Positions 38,261 through 49,100 of a stretch of 64,000 nucleotides of DNA are shown here, piece by piece. How positions within the stretch are numbered: position 1 is the stretch's first letter; each line of letters starts with the position of its first letter. A program made the position numbers and the translations under genes. The notes below the pieces were generated by a model. That model was not told the DNA's origin, ran no database searches, and was given only the letters and a program-made list of their open reading frames with translations. The stretch is from Marsupella aquatica (taxonomy: Eukaryota; Plantae; Marchantiophyta): NCBI GenBank assembly GCA_973895155.1, contig OZ316891.1, positions 10,665,875 to 10,729,874 of the forward strand, given 5' to 3'.

Positions 38261-40739
38261 CTATCCATTGTCCATACCTTGTAGGAGCTCGAGTAGTACG
38301 TCTTGATTTTCTAGCTGATCTTGCTCTGTTGGTCGAATTTGAGGTATTCCAACAATAGTCTGCTCCTCTTGTTCTATCACCAGAACCAGCTCCATTCTCG
38401 GAGCACCTCCTTCATTTATGTCATGAAAACTCTCATTACCAATCTCCCCCACAACATGGTCCGGGATAAGAGATTTACCTTTGTCAGTACGGGAAGTCTG
38501 AGCATTCTCCCCCTCCATTGATGATCGGGATTCATTGAAGGATACATCTCTACTGACAAGCAACATGGAAGCTGTTGGATCCCATAGCCTATAACCTTTC
38601 ACATCCTTTTGATAACCAAGAAAAATACACTTCTTGGAAGTCGGATCTAGTTTAGATCAATTTTGCTTAGGTGTGAAAGCATATGCATCACTTCCAAAGA
38701 CTCTCAAAATGTGATAGTCTACTTGCCGTCCATACGTTCACTTGGCGTCTTGAAATTGATTGCACTTGAATGAGAAAGATTTACCAAATAAGTTGTCGTA
38801 TTTACAGCTTCAGCCCAAAATTCATGTGGTAAACCTGATTGACTCAACATACTCCTCGATCGCTCCAATAGTGTTCGGTTCAGCCGCTCAGAAACACCAT
38901 TCTGTTGAGGAGTATAAACTGTCGTGAGATGGCAAGTAATCCCTTGCTCTGCACAATACAGTTCAAATTCACTTGAACCGTACTCCCCGCCGTTATCTGA
39001 TCGCAGATATCTCACCTTGGATCCAGTCTACTTCTCAATTTGGGCTTTCCACTTCTTAAAAGTGCCAAAAACTTCAGACTTGGCGTGTAGAAATGTGATC
39101 CACACATACCTTGAGTAATCATCAATGAACGTGACATAGTATAATTTTTTGGAAATTGAGAGAGTTGGGGCTGGACTCCACACATCACTATGTACATACT
39201 CAAGTATAGTTTTGGTATTGTGCGTTCCAACACCAAAAGTTCTCTTGTGCTGCTTCCCAAGCACACAATGTTCACAAAAGTCTAACTTAGATGATTCCAA
39301 ATTAGAAATAAATACTTTCCTATAAAGGACCGCCAAACTTTTTTCACTCATGTATCCCAATCTACAATGCCACAATCGAGTCATGTCTTCACGAGTTCTG
39401 GTTACATTGGCTTTGTCCTTGATTACGTTGCCTTCCAATAAATAGAGATTATTATGCCGCTTACCCTTCAGAATAACATTGCCTTTCATTGACACCTGAA
39501 GTACATCATTAGCAGAACTTCACTGATGGCCATTCCCTTCCAACATTCCCAACGGAATCAAGTTCTTTTTCATGTCAGGAATATGTCTGACATCTTTCAC
39601 TATTCGCACAGCTCCATCAAACATCTGAATCTTCACAGATTCAATTCCAGCAATTTGACACGGATGATCATTCCCCATCAACACTGAACCATTTGATACC
39701 GAGTAAGAACTGAAAGACTCTTTTTTATACGTTATATGATATGTACAGGCACAATCCAAAATCCATTCATCATCGCTGTTTCTGGATGAACTATAAAGGG
39801 CAACATCTTGACTTCACAAGATTTCATCATCGAGCAAGTCGATCATATCAACATCAATGGTTGCGTTTGCTGATGGTTGATTAGTTGCTTGACTCGACAG
39901 TCTCTTTTCATGTGGCCGGGCTTGTTATATTTCCAGCATATAATCGGTTTTCTTTCTAGAGATTTCTCTCTAGACCTGGATCTAGACTTAGACCGAGCCT
40001 TCTCCTTGCCTCTATTTCGTGAGGAGTATGATTGTGAAAAAGACCTGTTTTCACTAGTCATCCACTGTTGAGTCCTCCCGCGGTTCACATTCAACACATT
40101 GTCAGATGAAGATGGTGTCTGGGCATGACCCAGTTTCTTCTATGCATCATCCGACAGCAAAGAGCTTACCACCTCATCATATGAAATGATTTTGAGGTCT
40201 CTATACAAGAGAACTTGCTTCAAACCTTGATACAATGGGGGTAAGGAGCTGAGAAGAAGCAATGTCTTATCTTCATCTTCCACTCCCTTGCCAAGATTTG
40301 ACAAATCTACAGCTAGGCTGTCGAATTCATCCAAGTGATCTCGAAGTTTGCCTCCTTCTTTTAGCCTCAAGCTCATCAAGAGAGACTTCTTATACAACCG
40401 ATCTGAGGCATCTTCGCGGTAGTACTTCTCTCTGAAGGCCTTGAATAAGGATACACAATCCTCGTAATCATTCAGCTTCTTAATGATATTCGGCTTCAGA
40501 TACAACATAACCGTATTCACAACGATCATTTGCTCTTGCCTCCATTTCCTCAACGGGATCTCCTCCTCACTGCTAGACTCCTCCCGAGTCGATAGCAGAT
40601 GATCTAGGCCCATAGCACAAAGAATTCTCTTAACCTGCTTCTTCCATAGCAAATAATTTGTGCGCCCATCATACTTTTTCACCTCAAACTTGACACCTCC
40701 AAACTTGGATGCCAACGTTGCCCTCCCAACGTTCTCCAC
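38261..40739 (-). pseudogene. Copia gag-protease-integrase remnant
   Basis: gag KFEVKKYDGRTNYLLWK and LLSSLP; degenerate zinc knuckle CWKYNKPGHMKRDC; protease WILDCACTYH; GAG-pre-integrase LWHCRLG..CEHCVLGK; integrase VHSDVW, FIDDYSR, LRSDNGGEY, TPQQNGVSERLNRTL, KGYRLWDP. Broken by stops and frameshifts. Confidence 0.92.
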
Positions 40740-41586
40740 GTGCTATTGCTATGTTTCTCCCTATATGCTTTTGTTGCTTTTTTCCTTCCTTCCTTTTCAT
40801 TGACTCAAATCCAAATCACAAAAAAATGTTGGTTTTTGCAACTTTCCAAAAAACTTAAAACTTGTCACCGCCACGTAGCCCACTAGCCTAGCAAGCCAAC
40901 GCTGAAATCCGTATTCAACGAGGTATTCAAAACCGAGGTCCGACAAAAAACTTTTTCACGTTTCGGTCAAGGTGGATAAAACTCAAAAATTCTCCCCCAA
41001 TTTTGACCACCTCGGGGAATAAGAAAAATTCCAAGTACCACCCATCATCGAAAATGAAAATTGATGGGTGCACCACGTTGCTAACTTCAATGGCTACGTC
41101 CTCGCCAAAAAAGATCCAAAAAAGTTATTGTTTGGACCTCGGAATCTTTGACTAAAGGCCAAAAAATAGCTCTATGTTTTTTTGGAATATTCCCCAGACT
41201 ATGCGGCAGGTCTCATAGGGGGCCGTTCCCCCTGTCGGAGCGGTTAATTTGGAGGGCGACAGGTCCCGGGAAGCGGCACATCCAATAAGAAAACCTGAAA
41301 AATGTTTAAAGGTTAACACCTTAACTATGGTTAGCCTAAGTGTCGTAACCTTTGAGTCACAAGACTAAGAGCAATCCTTAACAAACTCCCCCTTGACTCT
41401 AGTCTTGGGGACTACAATTTCTGCTATCCATATGAGATATTCAGCGGAAACTCTAGACAATCACCTAAAACCATAGGTGTCCCCCTAAAAACCATTTAAG
41501 GTTAACTAAGGGGTAACTAGAATTAAGCCGTAGCCATAACAGGATTGAGTAACCCATATAAAAAAGTTACATATTGTTAAGTTACT

Positions 41587-41939
41587 CTACTTGTGCTGCA
41601 AATACAAAACTTGCAAAGTAGCACGGTGTCTTGAGTAACTCTCCAAAGGAATCACTTTGGTAAAAGCATCAGCCGGGTTGAGCTTTCCATCAATCTTGAC
41701 TAGCTCAAACATTTTATCAGACACTGTTTGCCTAATAAAATGGTACCTGATGTCAATGTGTTTCACCTTGCTATCCATAACTTGGTTAATAGCTAGGTGA
41801 AGCGCATTCTAGCTGTCACAATGAAGAGCCATTTTTCCATGTTCCAATCCCATCTCAGTGACCAGCTTATCCAACCAAATTGCTTCCTTTGCTGCTTCTG
41901 CTACTGCAACATATTCTGCTTCTGTAGTAGACTGAGATA
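41587..41939 (-). pseudogene. Copia RNase H remnant
   Basis: VSQSTTEAEYVAVAEAAKEAIWL...LHCDS*NALHLAINQVMDSKVKHIDIRYHFIR...NPADAFTK, with one in-frame stop. Confidence 0.92.
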
Positions 41940-43009
41940 CCATACAACCATGACTCATTCCATGCACACATAGTCGACACAATCTCTACATGGTTCACCT
42001 CTTCTCCAAGGTTACGTCCACACGAACACTCAAGCTTTACTTCAAGAGTAGACGAACACACATGCTCTCCCTCTTCCTCAAGTTGCTCCGTTATAATGAG
42101 TAAGCACCACACACCAGCGGCTTACACTAGCCTTGGTATATACAAGGTCACACACAACTAACCTAACCTCAGCTAAGACCTTAACTATGGTTAGCCTAAG
42201 TGCCGTAACCTTTGAGTCACAAGACTAAGAGAAATCCTTAACAATGTTGAGGTGAGGAAAGGGTGTTGAGATAAAAAAATATGTCGATGAGAGAAAAAGA
42301 AGTCGAGGTGAAGAAAAGTTATTGGGGAGAAAAATGATGGCGAAGTGAGAAAAAGATGTAAAAATGAGGAAAATATGTTGAGGAAAGAAATGTTGAACAT
42401 GAGGGAAAGATGTCGCAGTGAGATAAAGATGTCAAAGGGAGAAAATATGTCAAGTGAGGAAAAAATGTCATGGTGAGGTAAAGATGTGAATGTGAGAAAA
42501 ATGGCAAAATGAGAAAAAGATGTTGAAAAGCAATACATATGTAAAGATTAGAAAAATATCTGCAAGTGAAAAAAGATGCTAAGGAGACATATAAAAGAGC
42601 TTTGCCATGTAGTTGTTGGTATTGGCGCAATTCTGGCCATACAATTGTTGTGGTTGTGTTCTGTAACTCGTGTTGCACATAAAAATTGGAGAAGCGAGAT
42701 AGCGACCACCGCATCATAGAATCTAACCGAGTGACAGGAAAAAATGTGTTTTTTTCCTTGGAATTTTTCAATTTGTAGAGAAATCAGCATTTTCTGTGCT
42801 TTATTTACATTCCATTTAAAAAAATAAAAATTTTATCCTCATTTTTCTAAATATAAATACAGTTGATTATTTAAAGTTAAGTTATTATCTTGGGTAGGTG
42901 CAGGCAAGCTAAATTGTAGTTAGGGGATACATTTATTTGAAATGGTGTGTATGGATAGATCTGACATTGTAAAAAAACAAAACAATGTATCTGACATTGT
43001 AAAAAAACA

Positions 43010-45690
43010 ATATTTTGATAAAGGTCTAAGATTCATTCCCATTTTTTTATGAGTTTGGAAAAGAACTATTTCATCTTCTTGGTAGAATAGGGTATTATAT
43101 GGAAGACACTCCTTTCCCCTATCATTACATCAAAGATACATTGAAAGGGAAAACCAAATTTTAGCTTTATGAGAAAGAACAAAAAAACAAAACTGCAAAA
43201 TTCCCTTCCCACTAATAAATATGTTGTTCAAAATTATCTAAACCCATTTAGCTGAAGAGTATTTCTAATTATACATCTATTTCCTTCCAATAACACAAAC
43301 TACTTTCGCATCTAATGATTGCATAGACTATTTAATATTCATATGTGACAAAAAATTATGTTTTCGTACCTGCTAGGTGTTCACTCACAATTATTATCAC
43401 CTAGTTACTACCTAGGTATCTTATTGTCTTGTTTGCTTTGGTTGCACTCATTTGTAACTGATCAAAGGTGGGAATAAAGGATAACATAAATCCAATGGTG
43501 AGTCAATGTTCCCACCAAATCTCATTATGTAAAGGGACAATTGACAATTTTTGGCGGGATCCAGTATTATATATGTAGACTAGAATATGAAGACATAATG
43601 GAGAACGTCTTTAGGTGCAACATCGATCTTCAGAGAGTATTGCTATCATCTAACCACAACATCTTCCAATGGAACCTCAAACAGTATGCCATGGAAGTTC
43701 AAATCAATAGCCTTATGATCTATGGCAATTCATATAGCATACACAAGAGTAACTTGCATATAAATATCATTCACCTTCTTCAGGACTCTTCCCATCTAGG
43801 ATTAATGTCAGATTTTTCAGATGTTTTCTTGTCATTCCCCGCCTAGCTCTTTTTGGTGATTGCCTATCAGAATCGGGGACCCGCCTAACTCTTTCTGGTG
43901 CTTGTCTATCAGAATCGGGGATGTCCACCTCACAGACATCCCCTCTACGCTAAAGATTGAGTTCACTTACATCCCCTGCCATCCTGTACTTCAATGTGCA
44001 CATTAGGAAAGGGCAGAGGTCAATCTTGTCAAAACATGAAGAAAGGAAAGGTCAACAATCTAAACTCAATCACATGTAAACTCTACAGGCCATGAATTGA
44101 TGTAGTTTCCTCAGCTTACACGTTCCAGGAACTGACATTGTCTCCTCAGTTTACACGTTCCAAAAATTGACATCTAGATTCAACAATCTGCACAACAGTA
44201 CCTTGCGTTCCTGTGCAATCGAATTTGGCAGGTGCGTGCGCCTTGTGAAACTCTGGTCGCCGTTCTTGCATGAACGAATGAAAACGACATAATGAGAGAA
44301 TATTGCAAAAGATGAGGTTTACATAGTGAAGACATTGACATGAATGTCTTCAAATTTCAAAAGCCCTAATGTCGACGTACAGGCGACGCAAGAAGAAGCG
44401 ACATGCCTCCACAATGTTGCCTACACTCAGTTCAAGCCCCGGTAATGGGCATAGTTCACTGTCAAATATTTGCATGGTTCGTGGTTGAGGCATAGAGTCA
44501 CAATGCACCCAGTTTGGTGCTTCTAACCGAAAAATGCACGATATAAGAACTTTTACAAGAACATTCAGTACGGGTCATAAGAGAGGGTCCATTTGGGCAA
44601 AAGACTCTCAAGGGGGTTGATTAAGTGAAAGTTTTGCAGGAGAGGGTCGATTAAGCAAATCCCAATATTTGTGGTGTCACTCGCGTGGGTGAAAAATCTC
44701 CCAAAACTCATTCCAGAATCCCGATCGTTGATCGTTCTACATGAGCGCGAGTCGAACCACATTTTGAGTGCTCGATTCTCACAAAGCTCCAGAGGAGCAA
44801 ACCCTTGAAGAGTTGAAGTCTTGCGTTTCCAAACCTCAAACGTCGCTCGACAGCGAGGATATTCACCACTGGCCCGCTGGGTTTGCCCAGGGGAAATCTT
44901 CAGAAAAGAGTACAACTTTCATTCAATGACTCACTTTCATTTAATGACTCTTTTCTCGAGACAAAATCTGACGAGAACCAATCGGTCAATTGCTCTTTTT
45001 TCGCGATGATTCTAACAGACTGACTGCTGACATCATTCATTTGAGTACAAGGCGAGTCTCGTCCCGTTACTCTGCGTCACAGGAACATCTCCCGAGCCCT
45101 CAGGGAATGCAGCATCGTGAAAGAAGCTCGAAGTTGCATTCGCTTCCGCGTTAGGAAATGTTTTAAAGATTTCTAGCATGGGCGAAAAAGATTGCTCGTA
45201 AATCATCTGCAACGGAATCGAGCTTTGTCCAACCGTTCTATGCTATGTAAATTGGGGTGCAGTGCGGAAATTATTGATTAGTGTCGTGCGCCAATCGAAA
45301 ATCGGAGCACGATTCTCAGTTCCACGTCTGTCTCGGAGGAATTTCCCGAACAAATCGCATCCCGGCGTTGCCGAGCGTGCTTTTCACCACCATCCGTTGA
45401 GTAGCAGGACCTCTCTCTCTCACTCTGTTGGCTCGGTTGTTCTTGTTGTGGCGCGATGTGGACTTCATTGTTGTCGAGAAGTATAATAGAAACCTGATTG
45501 ATGTCTCTGTCTCAACAGTTCATTTCTGTTACGAGACAAGGTCGCGCTGCTGAATTGCCGCCGCATTTCGCTCGGGCATGCTTTAGGGAACGTCTTTAAA
45601 AAAATTGTAACAAGGAGTGTTGACGGGACCTAACTCATGGTAACAAAGACACCTTGATTGTAGATTGCAGCAGTACATCGACACAATGCT
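43010..45690. repeat. Right arm of the inverted duplication, upstream of DLEC1, interrupted by ~1.1 kb of unrelated sequence at ~43580-44665
   Basis: 43103-43540 is close to the reverse complement of 36895-37393. 44667-45633 is a more diverged reverse complement of 35900-36866. Confidence 0.92.
43580..44663 (-). mobile_element. Probable degraded DNA transposon fragment (Mutator-like end) inserted in the right arm
   Basis: This segment is absent from the left arm. Its right end on the minus strand reads GGGATTTGCTTAATCGACCCTCT...TTAATCAACCCCC...GACCCTCT (G-rich start with internal subrepeats). It contains ~42-bp (43839-43921) and ~34-bp (44097-44173) tandem duplications. No matching left TIR or TSD was found. 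Confidence 0.45.
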
Positions 45691-46114
45691 CACGAGATGG
45701 AAAGATATCACCAGAGAGAAAGAAACTTTAGATGCAAGTTGAAAAGTAAGCAGGGAGAAGCTGAGAGCGGCAGGAAAGGAGAGGAATGAGGACGGAGATA
45801 GATATAATTTCAAGTGACATGTTACTACTAAGTGAGCGAACGATTCAGTTGGAGATGTAAAAAAATAAATGGTATGGGGGGAAAGGATACGAGAACCTCA
45901 AATTCATGGCGTGGAGTCTGCCGTTGAGTTGCGAAGAAAGTCCTGAGTTGGACATCTATTGAAATCAAGAATTCGAATTGAAATTTTGCACGAGAAAACT
46001 TGGAAGACCTTAAATCCCCGAACGTTCAGTATTCATACAGGAAACTTTGATTTGAATTAAAAAAATTCCTTAGAAGGAAAGTCTCCAACCGGGAGATTAT
46101 TTCCTCCAAGAAAA

Positions 46115-49100
46115 ATGGGAGATGCAAAGGGGAAAGGGAAGGGAAAGCAGCAGCCTCCAGTTGCAGAGCAACACAAAGCAGCTAAATCTGAGGCATCCAA
46201 AATGGACCCAAAACCTCAGAAGGCAGCAAGTTCGGACCTCAAAGCCAAGCTGGATCCAAAAAGGCAGAAACCAGAGTCGGATGCAAAATCAAAACCAGGC
46301 ACAAAGGCCAAGCAAGGAGCAGCATCGGACCCTAACGCAAAGATGGACCCAGATGCTCAGAAACCTGCTGTGGATGCAAAATCAAAGCTGTCCCCAAAAG
46401 GTCAGAAGGAATTGGAAGCCAAAGGAAAGCTAAATCCAAAAGCGCAGAACACATTGGATAAAAAAGCAAAGGAGAAACTAAATCCAGAGCTGGAAGCGAA
46501 TCGGGAGGGCGAGGGCGAGCAGGAGACACCCGAGGAAACACCATACGTCAACCCCTTCAAGATTGAAAATGTTTATGCTCACTATCTTCAACAGCACCCA
46601 CCTCCCAAGCCCTGGTCTTTTGACATGAGTCCCCCTAGGAGAGCCATCGTCAAACCCATTTTACACCCATTCAAATCGTCCAAAGCATATGTCCATCCTT
46701 GGGGAGAGGAGAAAACCAAAGATCCAGAAACCATAGCAGAAGAGGAACGTCTTGCCAAATTAGAAGCAGACCGGCTTGCCAAGAAGTACATCCGCCCCTG
46801 TGGACCTGGAGAGCACCATCACAAGAGAGTTTCAGTCTACTGCCAACCACACAGGGATCCAATTTATAAGTTAGATATATATGGCAATCCAAAGCTTGAC
46901 GAAGCAGGGAACCCTATATATGAACCGATCTACATGTTGAATTCACACGGTAGTATTCTGCTGGACAGTCGAGGCAACCCTGTCCCAGTGTACATTCTAG
47001 ATTCCGATGGCAATGTGCAGGTAGATCCACAGGGCCAGCCCATACCAGGGCCAACCTATATGTTAGATGTAAAAGGCGATGCCCTACTAGACCAGGCAGG
47101 GAATCTAATTCCCGAACCAGAGCATGTTGATTTGTTGGATGCAGAAGGAAATGTGGTACTTGATGAACATGGACTACCAAGACACGAGGCACGGCCTGTT
47201 TACATGTTGGATGCACAAGGACATGTCATGCTAGACAAAGATGGGAATAGGATCCTAGGACGATTTTACAGAGATGTGGAAGGGGATGTTGTGAATAATG
47301 CAGAAGGCAAGCCTGTCCATGGACGTTTTTTATATGGGGAACTAGATGAGGAAGGACAATTAGTGAGGGATATAGGAGGGGATGTCATGTTGGATGCTGA
47401 GGGGATTCCCCTTCTTGAGAGACAGGAAACGGAAGAAGAAAAGAAATTCAGACTGGTACGCTGTCAGATTCCTTTACTCCTGACCACCACTTCAGTTATT
47501 TTCTTGATTTTAACGTCCGAGTGTAGGTCCAATGAACGACGATGCCGTTCGTGAAAGGTAAGAGATGCACCTGTTGTAGAGAGATATGGCTCAGGAAGCC
47601 TATACTTCCCTTAAGTTCAGCTGCATGAACTTCTTCAGATAGTTTCTTTTCAAATGTATTCTATAGGTTCTCTCTAACGAAATATTTAACTTAAGAGAAG
47701 GGGTGATATCTCTGAAATCGTCTCACATACAGGCGCTCGAAGAGGAAGCCAGGAAAGCTAAGGCATTTCAAGATAAACTAGAAATGGACAGGATAATGAT
47801 GCACACACCTCTACCAAAGAAACCAGTTCCATGGAGGAAATACTGCAGCACGATGTATCTTCCAAGGAGCCTCAAAACTGTAGTGTATAAAGATCGAGGA
47901 ACTCCAGGTGACGATTGGAGAAAATTTGTGAAGCGGTACACCATTGCGGAAATGAATCGTAGAATGGCAGGCCAGCTACATGGAAAGGTCTCTTCGTCCT
48001 ATTTGTCTTTCTAGTCCACCTAGCTACCAAATAAGTCGGAAGTCAACACAATCTCAGCTTCTTTTAGATTTCAACTAAGGTAATAAAACTTCAAGTCAAA
48101 CATGTAAGACTATCACCGGGTCCAGTCTGGGTAAACTCTACTAGATGGAATTCATTTGACTTTTCTTTGCTGTTATTGTTTTCATCATGATTGTGTGAAG
48201 TTAGAGAAATCTTCTGATCTGTCCGGTTAAATTTTGCAGACAGCGGTACTTTGGCGCAAATTGCATGAACACGTGACATACTTGCAGAACCCTCGCTATG
48301 CTGCTGATTTGAAACAATTTAAGGTGGCCACTTCATTTCCACACTGACCCTGTTCCTATCAAAGGCCAACAACGTCTAAGTGATGCAATTCAGCTGTTTG
48401 CAGAAATGAGTTCAGTTATCTGAAAGCTCAATCATCCTCCGTGAGTTCAGGCTTTGAGAATTTTCCGATTGTTGGAAAACGAAGAGGGTGAGAGTTACGA
48501 TCTGATTGATCCTCACGTGCTGTACTTTGATGGATTTGGTGAGCTTGCTTCATCTATATGAGGATGCCGTGCTGTCTTGAAAACGGGTCACATAAAACAA
48601 TTAACACTTGCATGAAGAGAGGGTAAGAGTTGCTGGATCTCCCTCCCCATAAAATTGCTCTTTTAAAGTAAAAGCTAAGCTCTTCCAACACAATTTACGC
48701 TTAAGTCCACCATTTAGTTGATCTGGTTTATTCCAACTAAGGAAAATTGGATTGTCCTGCGGAAAAAATCAGTTCTCTATGCATAATTTTCTGCGAGAAA
48801 AATGAAGATAAATGACATTCCGACAAAAATGGCATGCAGAACCTGGAAACACATATATTCAACACTTGCGCATCTACAACGTCAGCCCTTGGACCCAACG
48901 AATCAGGTCCCTCGCTGACCACATTCCATTTTCCATGTAATCTTAGGCTTGATGATGCTAGTTTATTTTGTGCTCCACATAGATGCTCATCTATGGCGAT
49001 CAGTAAAGTTCCATTTCCTAAAGCTGTTTTTGAAAACCACTGAACCAAAATTCCTTTTGGGAGGTTTAAAATTTTGAAATCAGAAAGGTTGATTGCCGGA

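Larger units (their letters stand above)
37790..42243 (-). mobile_element. Rearranged, defective Ty1/copia LTR retrotransposon
   Basis: TG...CA termini with a 5-bp TSD ATGTT (37785-37789 and 42244-42248). LTR segments match: 37818-38050 = 41940-42172, and 41318-41383 = 42178-42243. PPT AGAGTCAAGGGGGAGTT precedes 41383. gag, protease, integrase and RNase H remnants are present; no reverse transcriptase was recognised. Confidence 0.93.
37661..42547 (-). mobile_element. Short (~430 bp) non-autonomous Helitron interrupted by a copia element
   Basis: Minus-strand 3' end TGTGC-AAC-GCACA hairpin followed by GGCATGGGG CTAG then T (37661). Candidate 5' end A/TCTTTACATAT at 42547. The body is a degenerate GATGTTGAGGTGAGGAAAA repeat present on both sides of the copia insertion (37690-37789 and 42249-42530). 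Confidence 0.7.

Noticed and set aside
42191-42790. Phe/Ser/His-rich minus-strand ORFs
   Set aside because: They are translations of the low-complexity Helitron body and adjacent AT-rich DNA.
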